NCBI RefSeq assembly: GCF_009914755.1
Contig: NC_060926.1
Length of the DNA: 64,000 nucleotides
From: the human T2T-CHM13v2.0 reference genome, Homo sapiens
Strand: one strand, 5' to 3'
A program made the translations under genes and the position numbers. Below, in pieces: positions 49,163-63,348 of this stretch (the first letter of the stretch is position 1; every line of letters begins with the position of its first letter). The notes under the pieces are model-generated. The model was given only the letters and a program-made list of their open reading frames with translations. It did no database searches and was not told the origin of the DNA.

Positions 49163-49301
49163 TTTTTATTTTTAACTTTTACAGGGGTACACATATGGGT
49201 TTGTTACATAGGCACGCCCATGTCATGGGGTTTGTTGTACAGATTATTTTATTACCCAGGTATTAAGCCTAGTACCCATTAGTTATTTTTCCTGATCCTC
49301 T
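49163..49301 (-). mobile_element. L1PA (PA13-like) extreme 3' fragment
   Basis: caggggtacacatatgggtttgttacatagg...gtcatggggtttgttgtacagattattttattacccaggtattaagcctagtacccattagttatttttcctgatcctct. Confidence 0.88.
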
Positions 49302-50721
49302 TTTCTACGAAGTGTTTAAATAGAGTAAAAAATGGCTATTGGCATAGATAACTTATTTCAGAATTTATGATAGTGACAGTGAAGCTGAAATCTGAAAAAG
49401 TGACACGAGTATCTCCTTGATTAAAAAACATAATGCAAGAAATTCAGGTAGCCCAAAGTTCTAAGGTTAAATGCTTGGACTAAAGGAAGTGGATGGAAGT
49501 GGAACAGAAAAAAGCAGTGCCTAACATATGCCTAGTCTTCGAAGAAACATGGTTACACTTCTGTGTCAGCAAGTACCTAGGTGCCCTCGGATGAAGTCAA
49601 CCCTTTCAGTGTGTTACCTCTAGAAGCTATATCAAGTGATCCCAAGTTTTAAATTTCCTCTGACTCACCTTCCCTCAAAATAGTTCAATCTTAAGGCTAA
49701 ATTCACTTTATTCTCTAGTATAAACCAACCTTTCTTTTTTCCTCTTATCTTATTTACTTATTGATTAATTACTTAATTTTATTTGCTTGTCTGCAATTCA
49801 TTTTAGAAAGGAAATCCTAAAACTTCAGTGGTTCAAATAAAGTTAATAAACCCTCTGTTTGCCTGGACATCTTCAGAACATTTCAAACGTCTTTTTGTTA
49901 CTACTAAGAAAACACAAATGGTTATATAATCTGAGCCAAAGTAAAAGTGAGAAAATTGTTAGTAATCTTCTGTAATTCCTCCAGTAGTCCATGCCTAAGC
50001 ATTATACTGAGGACTATTCATTATGAAGAAAATCAAATTCTGTATTTCCCCCCCCGCTTGGGTTTCAAAGTTGCTGGATTTATTCTCAGATTTTCAGTGG
50101 AAGCACTTTAGTGATTTCTGCTTTCTTTGCTGCTGTGACCAGATGGAAGCATTACTTTCTTTTCCAGAAAGTCTATGAACAGGCAGAGTAAAGGTGACAG
50201 CTCACATGGAGTAGTGCCAGATTCTCTTGTTTATTCCAGAGGGTTAGGGGATATTTGCTGGTGTAAGTTCAATGGCTTTTTGGAGGATTTTCAAAAGCAT
50301 CTCATTTTTGGGGTTGAAAAATCTGCTTCTGTGTGCAGCCCAATAAGAGAAACAGAGTTTGCCCACTAGACTTGGCTTTGTTTTCTTGGCTTACATTCCT
50401 CCCCCAAAAGACAAGAAGGTCTTTTTTTAACCAGAGTATTCATTTCATGGGGATTCAACATTACTGTCTACATGCTCTCCTTAAGAAAATAAGAAATTGG
50501 TACCCAAAGCTGTAAATTTGCCATATTTTAATTTTCCTCCTTAGTTTCTAAAACTAAGTCATAATTATGTTGAGTGGAAGTAAATGTTACCAAAAATACT
50601 GAATGCATGATCATAAATGCCAAGCCTGTTTATTTTACCATAAACTCAAGCTGTGCTAAGACCGGGAAGCATATCTATTCCAGCTTGTTAAATCAGCAAG
50701 TGTATTATACTACCATGGAAA

Positions 50722-50962
50722 AGGCAGTATTGTTAGTTCTCAAGAGCACGGGCTTTGGGTTCCAGGTTCTCAAGCTTATAAGTAATATCACCCTGCCAAA
50801 GTTATTTAACTTCCCTATGCCTCAATTTTCTCCTATGTCAGATCATCATTGTAATGGTGCCCATCTTATAGGACCTTTGGGAAGGCTAAGTGAAGTTTTT
50901 CATCAAACGTATTTAGAAAAGTGCATGACACATAAGTACTCAATAAATGCTAGTTACTATTA
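50722..50962 (+). mobile_element. MIR, near full length
   Basis: aagagcacgggctttgg...aagttatttaacttccctatgcctcaattttctc...gacacataagtactcaataaatgctagttactatta. Confidence 0.85.
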
Positions 50963-52313
50963 TGCCCACTATCATTATTACTTTCCAATCATTTTATTTT
51001 CATCCATTACATTATAAAATGTATATTCTTCTTTCCTGGGCAAGGCTGGTGTTAGGGAAAAATGTGTCAGAATATTCTATTAGAGATGACAAGAAACTGG
51101 AAAGATTATCTATCCAAACTCAGCTTTCACAAATAAGCCGCAGACAAAATAAATAGAGTTTATTTGTTTGGGAGCTTTCCCAGGAAACTGAAACTAATGT
51201 TTCCTTTATGTCATTTTTTTAATTGTTAATTTTTAATCACCTTTATAAGCAATAAAATTCACATCTAATTTTATGATTTTATACATATATATTTTTTCTC
51301 ATGGCACTATTCACTAACAAGTATCTTTCTAAGAAGTTAAAAATTATTTTTAAAAAATGAGAAGGCTTTTTGTCCATATTTATGTATTGCATTAAATTAT
51401 AAACTTATTTTCTCATGCAAGTATCCTTTCACTTTGGGGTAAAACAGCTTGAGACATACACACATAGCTATATATAAAATAAGACACTTCATCAGATAAA
51501 CTATTTTTAAAATATCTCTATCTCTTAATTCCCAAAGTGTGGGTTTGAAATCCCAGATGACAGTCATACAAGATCAATGTAATTTATTTTAAAAGTGAAA
51601 ATTTAGTTAACTGTAGAGCTATTGGTGATGTTTGAATTTGCTTAAGTTGTGGTACTTTGTCAAAATGAATCAGATTGGGAATTCTTAGAATACTTGTATT
51701 ACATTAAGAGACCAAATTGATTCATAAATGGTAAAATGCAGTTGTTAAAAATGTCATACACTTGGCTGAAAATTACAATCTGAAAGTATGTGATGAGATC
51801 AATTGTTTATACATAAATCACATTTTTTACTCTCATAATAAGTACTTCTTGAAAGAATAAACTCAAGAGCATTTGGAGAGAATCTACAGATCTCAGATGT
51901 AGTGACTGCAATTATTGATGGTTCCCCTTCTGCATAACTGAATGCGTAAGTCACACCCACATTTGTTCCCAGCTCTGGCCATATGGCAATTCTTCCTGAA
52001 TGATTTGGCTTCTCCCTTGTCTTTCTCTATCATTAGATTATTATGGCTTGATTCCCTTCAACTCTTGCCAGCTGGGAAACAAAAAGTATTATTTTTGCTT
52101 CACTTATTCTTGATGCCTTTTTGAATATCCACAGTCACCTTAAATATGAACTTCATACTGTTTATATTTACAATTTAAATAACTCAGTTTGCAAAATCTG
52201 TCCTATTACATGAATTTAAGAATCCGTATTTCTCTAATACATTCTATTTATCAAATATTTTTAAGGTGGAGGCTGGGGAGTAGAGATTTAAATTCCTTGG
52301 GGTACAAATAATG

Positions 52314-52316
<3 letters not shown>

Positions 52317-52366
<50 letters not shown>
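52317..52366. repeat. (AC)25 microsatellite
   Basis: Perfect run seen directly; likely length-polymorphic. Confidence 0.97.
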
Positions 52367-52371
<5 letters not shown>

Positions 52372-53759
52372 GGAAAAAAACCCTAGAAAACTGTCAGTGT
52401 CTACTTTAAAGGGCAGTCTTCTGATTATAAATCACATTTGGGTTGGCTCTTCATTGCCAAAATAATATTTCTATTATGGATGTTTGTGACTCAGTTTCTT
52501 TTTACAGCCACATGTAGAAATATATGCCAATAGATTAGGCAAATTGAATATTACAACCCACTTTAGGAAAGGTAATACATAACTTTGCATTTTGTAAACA
52601 TGAAATTTTTTTTCTGAAAATTTTAACGTGAATCCAGAAGCAGGAGACTGATAGCTCTCATTGTGAGAGTAAAAAGCCTCTGCTTGTTCATCGCAACCAA
52701 ACCAGCCTCATACAAACACATGCACATCGGAGAGAATCTTGTGAATACTTTGGGGGAAGGACTTGGAGTGATTCACATTTTACTGCACTTGGGTCACCTG
52801 GATATTAATGATATTTTATCGCACAATGCTGCAGTTGTTCTAGAGTCTCATCCTCCCATAATTACGTATGATTTCATTTTAAGTTTCCAAATGTGTTCTT
52901 TGAAAATAACACCTATTTAAAATAATGACAGGCTCAGGATTTTAAATTTTATTTGGGGAATAAGGAAGAGAATGATATTGATTTAGGAAAAAGGAATGCA
53001 TAAGAAATTATCTTGATTGACATAAAATATAAATCATGTCATTATTTATCCAAGGGTTCAAAAAAGTAATATTTTTCTTGGTAATTGAGTCTATAGTCAT
53101 AGAGGTATTTCTTTAATAGCTGATTAGTGTAATATTTGTAACATTCTGCCAAAGCCACAGGAAGTCTTTGAATATTCTAATGTATTTCTAAATAGTCTGC
53201 AATCAAGAAATGCTTATGGGATAAAACATTGTACTCTTGAAGGATATGTTTAATAAATGTTCTGTGGTAAACCATGGCTTGTCAATAAAGATGTACGCAA
53301 AAATAGGCAATCTGTAGCCTAGATTTTTCAATTATCAAAGCATCTTAACCACTTGAAATAGAAATAAAATGAGAGGACCTATATTTCTATGGTTATCTCA
53401 TCTAGTAAATGCATGTTTTGTTGTCTGGACTGTAACTTCATGCAAATAGTCATTCTCATCTATATTTTCACGTAATCTGACAGATTGGTAACAATGACAA
53501 AGCTCATTATGTGAGCACGTATAGCCTTAGCTAGTTGAGCTGATTTTGAGCACATAGTATTTTTATTTTTTCATTCTGAGAATTCAAAACCCCTTCTTAT
53601 ATATGAAATGTAATTATAATACTTTAATTTTATAATGTTTTTATAATTGAAGGCTAAGTGTGGCTTCTATTTAAAATATGACTTCCTAAATTCTGACATT
53701 TTGTTTCTCTTAATTAGATTACATATAAAACTAGTTATTAGATTTAATCTATAAATAGA

Positions 53760-53915
53760 ATACTGAGCCATAACTGTCTATATCTCTTTTTCTTCATCTT
53801 TAAAATTAAAATAATAATAGCTAACTTGCAAGTCTGTTTTAAAGCTTAAATGCAATGTGTTATATCTGTTTATATAAAGTACATACCAGAATGCCTAGTG
53901 CGTGAAGGTGGTTGT
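53760..53915 (+). mobile_element. MIR fragment
   Basis: tttcttcatctttaaaattaaaataataatagctaacttgc...aaagtacataccagaatgcctagt. Confidence 0.55.
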
Positions 53916-54039
53916 TATAGTTGTCACCACTGATAAAGATCACAGAAAATATTTTTTAAAGCCTGATTAATGTTTATTTTGTATTAATCAGAGATACAGG
54001 AAGCAAATGGTCCAAATGGTCTTTAAGTATGTTTCTTTT

Positions 54040-54480
54040 TTCTTGTTAGGATCCTTTTGTTTGAAAAAAGACAGAAAAATTCCACTCAAATGGCTTAAGA
54101 AAAAGAGCCTTCGTTATTTCATCAAGCTGATTTGTTCAAGGGAAGTACCGGCCTTAGGCGTGACTTATTGCAGGAGCTTCAGCATTTTCCCTCAACCCTA
54201 TTATCTCTTATTTCTCTTGACTCTGCTCTCTTCCATGTTGTCGTCATTCTCATTTTCCATATACTAATAAGGCAGCTGCCAACAACACTAGATCGATCTC
54301 TCTGTCAGGTTCAAATGCAAAGAAAAAGGGAAACCTCTCTATGTATGTCTCGTTGACCATGATTGGACCATGTGTTCAACCTTTAATCATTCATAATGTC
54401 CAGAGGAATGTGATACTCAACTGGCCAGGTATGTTTGCAACCCTATGGACCCAAGGTAAATGGAATGATAGTAAAGCAAG
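54040..54480 (-). mobile_element. MLT1K/L-like LTR
   Basis: gttaggatccttttgtttg...gacagaaaaattccactcaaatggcttaag...gattggaccatgtgttcaacc...aggaatgtgatactcaactggccagg. Confidence 0.6.
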
Positions 54481-54770
54481 AATGGGGCTTTAGATAAATG
54501 TTGTGGTAAGCTTACTCAAAGGAAAAATACATATATTCAGACCATGTATACAACATGCTGAAAAAATTATAATGTATTCAAAGAATGCTGCTCACTTTTT
54601 TTTTTCTATTTTGCCGGGTGTCTTTTCTTTTTACCCTTTTAGATATGGCTATATCCCATATCTAGATTTGCTCTCATGTATGCACACTTCTCTCTCTCTC
54701 TGATATTTCAGTGGCACTTTTCAGTCTGTCATCTAAATAGACTCATAAATGTATTTTGAGTTCCATTTTC

Positions 54771-54900
54771 TGTATCAGTTAGCTTTTATTGCAAAACATA
54801 CCTCTCTTAATGATTCTGAAGGTTGGCAACTTTGGCTGGACTCAGCTAATAAGATCCTCTGGTCTTGGCTAAGGTCAATCATACATCTCAGTCAACTTCC
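54771..54900 (-). mobile_element. MLT1 fragment
   Basis: tgtatcagttagcttttattgc...atgattctgaaggttggcaactttggctggactcagct. Confidence 0.55.
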
Positions 54901-55461
54901 ACTCTGGTTAAGTTGAAGTACTTTACAGCACGTAACACATAAAAGGAGTCACAAATTATTATGATTGCCACTGATAATGTTTTTTTCCAAATGAGAAAAG
55001 GAGTTTCTCTTTCTTTGTCTAAGTACAACTCTCTTTATAAAAGCAAAAGCTTTATATATTTTTTTCTGTAGCATCACTATCTATAAATATGTAAGATAAC
55101 ACCATAAATGATGAACTCCCATTAATATAAATATCCTAATAAACTGTGTAATCTATGGCTACATTGGAATATCATTAACAATATCTTATATTCACTTGCT
55201 ATGACTGTTGCTGCTGCCTATGCTACTGCTACTGACCTTAAAAACCACATGTTAATCATATCAATATTTTTCAACTATGTTTTGTATCCTCTGGAAAACA
55301 CTGGGAACATCTAACACTGCCCAGATGACTGATGTTTTAGATGTTTAAATGTCTGCTTGTAAAAAGACTTCTTTCAGAATATATTTGATTTGATTTCGTT
55401 CCCCATTCCCAACCATTCTTGGCTATATTGATCTCAATTTTAACAGTAAATATTATATTTG

Positions 55462-55873
55462 TGCTATGATTTGAGTGTCTTTTTTCAAAACTCATGATGA
55501 AACTTAATCCTCTATGTGACAGTGTTGAGAGGTAGAACCCTTAAGAGGTGATTAAGCCATGAGGGTTCTTCCCTCATGAGTGAGTTAATACTTTCATGGA
55601 TTAATGAATTAATAGATTAATAGATTAGTGAGTTAGCATGGAGTGGGACTGATGGCTTCATAAGAAGAGGAACAGAGACCTGAGTTAGTACACTCAGCCC
55701 CCTCTCCGTAAGATAACTTGAGCTCTTTTGGGACTCTAGAGAGTCCATGCCATCAGATGACGCTCCTCAATCTCAGACTTTCTATCCTCCAGAATGTAAG
55801 AAATAATATTTTTTTCCTTGTATGTTACCCAGTTTCAAGTATTCTGTTATAAGCAACAGAAAATGAACGAACA
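55462..55873 (+). mobile_element. MSTC-like solo LTR
   Basis: tgctatgatttgagtgtc...aaaactcatgatgaaacttaatcc...ggattaatgaattaatagattaat...acccagtttcaagtattctgttataagcaacagaaaatg. Confidence 0.85.
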
Positions 55874-56834
55874 CACACACACACGGAAAGAGAGAGGGAA
55901 AAAGAGAGAGAGATAGAAGTATGATGAGACAGTATTGCTGATACAAAGACTGAAATAATCGGGAGGGAGTTCCAATTTTAGGTTTATTTTTTGCTCTTAC
56001 AAGAAAGATTCTAGTTAGTAAATGTATAGGATAAATGCGAAAGACTAAGTTATGTGAATTAAAATAATTCATTATAATCAAATATTTTACTAAGGAGTTA
56101 TTCCTTAATACCATCTTCTCCTTCTTTGAAAAAAAGCAAAAATAAAAATGTTTCTAAAACATGAAAATTATAGCCACAAACTATATGCGTATTAGGGAAT
56201 GTAGCAAAGTCATTGAGTAAAAAAAAAATACTGCTATATGGACAGTGTCATACTCTTCTTTCTGGTATCTATGTAAAGACTTCTATCATATTCTTTGGTA
56301 AATTTTCTACATGTAGTCTTGGTTATTAGCTGTAAATGGAGCCATGTCCACCAGTCTACAGGCATGCATTTATGTTCTTTACGCTTGCATGGGTGTCACT
56401 TGGATCTCTAAAATTTGAGGTTGTTCTCTGGTATTATCTTGAATCCTTTTCTAATATGTGACCAAAATAATTGTCTCAAAATTATTATTCAGGAAAAAAT
56501 TCATCAATTATGATTGGGAAACTGTTAGAAATCTAGAGGGGAGTTGTAAATGAATGTTAATTATAGAAAGTATAGTTGGAATATGTCTACTTTATCTTTG
56601 TAGCCCTTCGTAACTTTATAGTTACTAGCATAAGTAAGTAATACTCTTTGTTGAATGAATGAATGAATGAGTCAATGGATGAACTGATTAACATTGACCA
56701 ACTATATTACTTTTTCTAGAAAATTTAAGTTTGTGACAAACTGCCTCCCTGCCGTATACTAATCATGTAATATCAGAGGAAGCATCTTTCCATTTTAAGG
56801 AATCAGCAAATAAAAAGACAGTTAATTTTAACCA

Positions 56835-58160
56835 TGCAAAGGATATTTGAAGAACATCAAGAAGGCCAGTATAGTTGGAATAAAAGGGAGTTAGAGAGGT
56901 AAGGAGTATCTAGATTAATTACTGCCTTTCAGGGTATGAAAATGTCTAATGAGTTATTGGATGTATTGAGAAAAGGAGTGACATAATCTGATCCATGTCA
57001 TTTTATGACTTTTTAAAGAATATTCTGGCTGTGAGGAGATAATGAAAGGGGAGGGGAGCAACACTTGAATAGAGGGATAAGTTAGGAGTGGGGGCCAATT
57101 ATTGTCCAGGAAAGAGATGCTAATGGCTTAAAATAGGGCAGAAGAAGTGGAGGTGGTTTAAAGGAGTCAAGTTGTTAATTTTTTCAAAAAAGAGAATGAA
57201 CTAGTCTTGACCAACAGATTCAATGTTGATTGTGGAAGAAAGAGATGAGTCAAGGATGATCAACTAGGATCTTTTTAAAGAAATGGAGAAGACAGGAGGG
57301 GATCAAGTTTAAAGAATAAAGTTCAACAGTTATATTTTGAACCCACTAAACTTCAGAGCCCTATGATAAGTAAGATTGGGGCTCTAAGTTTGGGCTATTT
57401 CTTCCTGGCCGAGTAAGCAACATGACATTTTTGTATCTCATTCACATCCTCTACTAAATAGAATTATAATAATAAGATCTACCTCCTAAGGTTGTTGTGA
57501 GGATCAAATTAGTTAATCCATATAAAAATCTTAGAATAGTTTCCAGCACATTGTAAGCATTTATTGTTATCATTGTAGTAGAAATGTAGTTTGTTATGTG
57601 AGTGTGAAACTCATTGATAAGCCAGAATTAAAGCTATAGATAGGATGTAAAGCCATGAGGCCAGATAAGCCCATATGTGAGCACATATAGGACAAAGAAA
57701 AACACCAGAAACAGAGCCCTGGGATATTCTTCCAGGTCGGGAAGAGGAGAAAGAGTTAGCAAAGGAGACTCAGAAAGATTGTCCAGTGCAGTTAGAGGAG
57801 AACCAGGAGTGTGTGATGTTCTACAAGCCAAGGAAAAGTGTTGTTAAAATGAAGGAATAATCATGTTTGTTGGATGGAAATTAATAAATGAACATTGGAT
57901 TGACTAAGAAGGAAGTTGTTGGCAACCTTGTCCCCAGCCTTTAGTACAGTTGTTAAAATAGAAACATGAATATACTGACTTAATGTGAAAATGACTGAAA
58001 ATATAAGTTACTTAGAATAAATTCTTTTTTAGAAGTTTTGCTTTTTGTGGAGCAGATAAGTGTGGTAGGATGTTGGAGGTGAATGGAGATTGAGGGGTGA
58101 ATAATTATGGTTCAGATGGGAGACATTTCAGCATGTTTACAGGTTGATGGGAATAATCTT
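56835..58160 (-). mobile_element. L2 fragments, interrupted by a MIR
   Basis: tttgaagaacatcaagaaggccagt...aaagaatattctggctgtg...gagtcaaggatga...aaccaggagtgtgtgatgttctacaagccaagg. Confidence 0.7.
57365..57575 (+). mobile_element. MIR
   Basis: ataataataagatctacctcctaaggttgttgtgaggatcaaattagttaatccatataaaaatcttagaatagtttccagcaca. Confidence 0.75.
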
Positions 58161-59274
58161 ACCATAGACATTCAGGGAATTCTCCTAGTCTCATTTGTAC
58201 TGCAACAAATCTGAAATGGAATGAAGGTGCATTCGGATAAGGGGAACATTATCTACCTGCCTCCAAGTAGAGAAGCAGCAATTGCCCCTATAGAGAGTAA
58301 AAATAAGATTTTGATTATACTACTTTCCATAGTCTATTTGTGTAAACAAAAAAGACTCGTTTTATTTTAACATAGAGAATATGGGACGGATACTGTAAGG
58401 AGAAGTTTTATGGTATTACTAAATTGTTTTTGTCTTTTACAAAAGAGATATATTGATATTTTATTACTAAATTACAAATAATTTTATTCTCAATTGGGAT
58501 AAAATAATGTCATGAAGCATATGGGATATGTACATATCATATTACTAATATTGTTCCTAAGCTCCAAACAGTTAAATTTTTAATATACAATGATAAGCAA
58601 GAAGTTGGTCTATTTATTTCAGGTTCCCCATTCAGTTCTTTCAGTCTAGCTAGATCCAATCTTTCACTGAATATTTATGCATCTTGCTTCCTCTAGACCG
58701 ACTTCTCTTTATAGAAGTGACTATTAACTTTCCAGGATCCTCGCAACTTAAGAATCTATGATTATACCATCTCTCCAATATCCTTTCCATTTTACATAAA
58801 ATTAGGTCAAATAAAATTTTTAATGCTTTCCTGACAACTAACTTCTTTACAAAGTGTTTCCTAAGTTAGTATTAGTCTGTTCTGAGCATTTGTCTTTGCT
58901 CCATACTTTCTAATCATTTGCATTTGCAGTAATAAATTTGAGCATTAATATATGTTAATGGGCTCTTTCTAAGAGCTATATGTTGCTTTCTTATAAATAA
59001 ATAAATAAATGATTGACTCAAATATTGCCAGAGTGGAGAATCCTCATGTTAAGTTGGTGTTGGTGTTGCTGGTTTATAGGCACAAAATATCTAGAGGGTC
59101 CCCATGGTCTAAATTTTTGGACAGAATGCTGTCTTGGGAAGTAGCTTTTTATTACAAGGAGAATTAAGAAAAGATTAAGGATGGCTGTGACCATTATTAC
59201 CACTGGTAAAAAAAAAAAAATCCTCAAGAATAATTACTACTCTCAAAGAGCAGCACCCTTCCCATCATCGTGAC

Positions 59275-59590
59275 CACATTCACTCATGTTTTCAGCATTT
59301 ATTGACCACCTAGTGTATTAACACCATGTGGGATGCTCAAGAAAAAAATTGAAAATTGGAAAACACTCAGTCATGGCTACCAGATAATTAATTGTCTAAT
59401 GACAAATAAACACAAGGTGCATCTTCGCAGCACTGGTGGATAAGTCCTATAATAATGATGTAAAGTGTTCAATGGGAACAAAAAAATGGAGCTTTACATT
59501 ATAATAGTTATAATGAGGAATCGGGGAAGCAAGCCTTCTTGAGAAAGTGACTATTTTCTCAATTTTGAGGAATTAGATGTTAGTTAGATA
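59275..59590 (-). mobile_element. L2 3'-end fragment
   Basis: cattcactcatg...cagcatttattgaccacctagtgt...gccttcttgagaaagtgac. Confidence 0.55.
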
Positions 59591-59657
59591 AAATAAATCT
59601 GAGAAAGTGAAATCCTTCTACGAGTACTTTTATGTTAGATTTAATATACACATATAC

Positions 59658-59732
59658 GTGTGTATGTGCACGTGTGCCTGTGGGAGTGTGTGGTGTTTGT
59701 GTGTGTGTATGTATGTGTGCCTGGGTGTGTGT
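59658..59732. repeat. degenerate (TG)n tract
   Basis: gtgtgtatgtgcacgtgtgcctgtgggagtgtgtggtgtttgtgtgtgtgtatgtatgtgtg. Confidence 0.75.
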
Positions 59733-60139
59733 TTATTGTGAGGAGAGGCAAACATGCTGGAGAGGAGGGGAGTGGAAGAAGTAGGAGAGGATTTTTAGAA
59801 GGGGACTTAGGTATTGAGCTAAACTATGTGCATTCCATCATGAATATTATGGGGAAGATACCTAAGAATTTTAAAGAGGGTCTGTAGAATCATATTTGCA
59901 TCACTGAATGTAGCAGTGGAGGCTACTTTGGAGAAGGTTAGGCATGCATCAGGCACACTCTGGGCCTACGTTATTGTCAGACATGCAAGGGTAAGGGCCT
60001 ACATTAAGGCAGTTAAAGGGAACCCGGCATTGTCTATAACACATGCAAGTTTTAAATGAATCTTTGCCCTTAGGAGTATAAAAACAAATTGCCTCCTTAA
60101 TAAAAAAAAAATGAGGTCTTCCCTCTCTTCTTTTATAAG

Positions 60140-61004
60140 CTTTATAGTTTTTTAATGTTGTTGTAACTAGTAGGAAAAACACCATAAAATTATTATTTTA
60201 CAGTTCTGGATGTCAGAAGTCTGAAATGGATATTCTGGGGTAAATCCAAGGTATCTACAGAGCTGTGTCCCTTCTGGAACCGCTAAGGGACACTCTGGTT
60301 CCTTGCCTTTTCCAATTTCTAGAGGCTGCCTGTATTCCTTGGCATACAGCTCCTCCTTTTATCGTCTAAATGCTGCTTCTGGCATCGTATCTTCTGTCCC
60401 TGACTTTGCCCTCTTGTCTCCCTCTTATAAGAATCCTTGTGATTACAATGGTCCATTTGTTTTTTGTTGTTGCTGTCACCAAAAACAAAAACAAAAACAA
60501 AAAAAAACACCTTAGACTGGGTAATTTATAAATAATAGAAATTTATTTCTCACAATTCTGGAGGCTGGGAAGTCCAATATCAAGATGCCAGCAGACTCAG
60601 GGTCTGGTGAAGGCTGCTCTCTGCTTCCAAGATGGTGCTTTCTTGCTGTGTCCTCACATGATGGAAGAGGCAGAAAGGCAAAAAAGAGACAAAATCTATC
60701 TCTCAAGACCCTTTAGAACACCACTAATCCATCCATGAGGGTGAAGCTCTCATGAACTAATCACCTCCTCAGGGCCCCACCTCTTAATACCACCATGTTG
60801 GAGATTAAAGTGACAACATGTGAATTATGGAGGAACCCACACATTCAAACCATAGCAGTCCCACCTGGATAATTAAGCATAATCTCCCCATTTCATAATT
60901 TTTGATCATATCCACGAAATCCTTTTTTCCATGTAAAGTAATACATTTATAGGTTCCCAGAATTAAGATATGTCAATCTTTGAAGGGCTTTTATTCTGAC
61001 TTCC
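60140..61004 (-). mobile_element. MLT1B/C-like LTR split by MSTD
   Basis: tacagttctggatgtcagaagtctgaaat...ccttgccttttccaatttctagaggctgcctgtattccttggc...ccttgtgattaca [insert] cccacctggataat...ataggttcccagaattaaga. Confidence 0.82.
60451..60857 (-). mobile_element. MSTD-like solo LTR
   Basis: agactgggtaatttataaataatagaaatttatttctcacaattctggaggctgggaagtccaatatcaag...cattcaaaccatagca. Confidence 0.88.
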
Positions 61005-62845
61005 AAATAAAATATCTGTTAATCATTGTGACTTCTACCTAGCTGTGAAAGAGTTCAGTGTCTTTGTGTACATAGGACTGAGAAATCACTAGAGTCTTAC
61101 TTCTGCCCCTCTTTAGCCCTATGATATGCTCGTTCATTGGTTTAGCATAAATGAAGAAGAGGCAAAAGCTATTTTTGCTACTATAAATACTCTTAACCGC
61201 CTTTTTCCACTCCATGGTAAATATGAGTTGCTGGGTCAGAATATGTTTTATATGAGCAGCTCTCACTCGCATATATTAGGCAAGTGAAAGATTGGGGTCA
61301 AAAGGGGTTTGTTTAAAATATCCTCTTATTGAAATTTGCTGTGCAGATTGCTTCAAATTTAAATTCATGCCAATAAGTGACAATAGATACCAGAAAATGA
61401 TTCAATTTTGTTCTCATTTTTAAAATAAATTCATATTTAAAGAAAACTTTAAAATTATTATTATTGCACAATTCTCAAGAATGCAGTGAGAATATTCATG
61501 TTCTTTATATTATCTTCACCTTCTAGATAATATAATAGAGGAATTGAAAAATTGAGATTTTGCCAGTTTCAAAGTATACACAGAATCCGTGCTAACAGCA
61601 TGCTGTTCCGTCTGCTAGTGTTCTGCTTTAATGTGTGTGAATCTTCTTTATTCCTTTTTTATTTAACCCCCTCAAAAAAATGTTTTGCACAATCTGATTA
61701 TGCTACATTTACTCCTGACAAATAATCAGAAAGGATTACTTGGACTTTCTTAACCATGAAAGGAAACAAACATTAGCAGTACCCAAAGACATTCAGAATC
61801 CCACTGAAGAAAAATTACAGATTTGGGCCGTAGCCATTCAAAGTCATTTCTCTCCCTGAGCTCATGTTTATCTGAAAATGAATACCGTTTGGGCATGTTG
61901 TCTATGATAAATATGCAACATGTTGTAAGTGATGTTTCAAGGCAGCCACTCTTTATGTTTTGGCTTCTCTCTGGGTCTTCCTATTTATTGAAAAAGAAAC
62001 TCAAACATTTAGGAGCATTGCATGCTTTTGGTTGTTTTTGGTTTTTATGGGGTTTTCTTGCGGGGGGTGGGTGGGGTCGTCTTTCAGCCTTAGAGAGAAA
62101 TTGAAGTTTATCATTTTCACACTTGTTGAATAAGAACATTGGATTTATTTTTTGAATTTATCCTTTCGGTAAGCCCTCCTTTTAGTACACCTAGGTGAAC
62201 TGATTTTTAAGATATACAATAAATTTTTTGAACGCTGCTGCCCAGTGTTGAAGTCCATTAGATCCTAAAATCAGGAAACATACATCTGTCATTGGCTTTG
62301 AAGAGAGTTTAAAGAATGTTTCTTGGCAAAATCATAATTGCTCATAACTGCTTATTTCATGCAAATTCTGACACATGTGGGACTATTAATGTGGTAATGC
62401 CCTCAATGAAATTGTACAGCTGCTACTAAAGGGCAAAACTGGGAAAGATACAATGTATTTTAATAATCTATGTGGACAAGTCAGTGAAGGGAATGATCCT
62501 ATAGCACTGATTCAGTTTCACATAAAAACAGAAGTTCATATAATCAAAACCCTGACATTCTATTACTTTTTATTTGGAATGAATTATGAATACCTTTAAG
62601 CAAAAAATTCCAATTTTAAATGTGTTTCACAAAGGTTTTAGAATGCTTATCTCTGGGGCTCTGATTTAATTAACAAACCTTTCTACATTTCTATAGTTGT
62701 TGTGGCATTATGGTGAAATTAACACTGGTTTCTGCGTTATATTGTGCTTTCTGAAACATTTATCTACAGAGTAGTTGCATCTAAACTTGCCTATCACTGT
62801 ATTTTTATTTTATGGTTGCTGCCTTAGCATTAGAACAAAAAAGAT

Positions 62846-62848
<3 letters not shown>

Positions 62849-62876
<28 letters not shown>
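62849..62876. repeat. (GT)14 microsatellite
   Basis: Perfect run seen directly. Confidence 0.96.
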
Positions 62877-62879
<3 letters not shown>

Positions 62880-62894
62880 CATGTTAAATACTGT

Positions 62895-63348
62895 AGTGTT
62901 AAGTTTGCCGAGTTAGTCCACTGCTAAGATGATAAGGAGAATAACTGCTATAGGTAAGATAGAAATACATTTCTCTTTCAGTAACTGTCCAAATTGAAGC
63001 AGTCCATAGCTGGTTTGGTAGCTGCAATGCTGGTGACCTAGGTTCTTTTTTTCTTGTTCTGCCATCCTCAACATGCAACTTGCATTTTGTGGTTAAAATG
63101 CTTCTCTAAGCAGTAACAGCAAGAAGAAAAAAGGGTCAGTGGAGGGCACAAAATTTCCCTTTAAAAGTATGGCCAAGAAGTTGTTCTTATCATTTACTCT
63201 TCTCTCCCATTAACAAGAAGTTAATCATTTGACCACATCTATCTACAAGAAAGACTGGGAAAGACTGGGAAATTCTAAAATTAGAATTTCTAATACTAAA
63301 GAAGGGAAGAATGGGTATTGGTATTCAATCAGCAGCCTCTGCCATACA
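62895..63348 (-). mobile_element. MLT1J-like LTR
   Basis: gcagtccatagctgg...tctgccatcctcaaca...ccagaagttg-like segment...agactgggaaa...cagcagcctctgccataca. Confidence 0.7.

Noticed and set aside
50574-51017. Longest ORF in the track (147 aa)
   Set aside because: Starts at GTG and runs through a MIR; chance ORF.
59960-60055. Paired gggcctac / attgtc / acatgcaag words and p53-like half-sites
   Set aside because: Matches are short with inconsistent spacing and do not form a full p53 element or a clear duplication.
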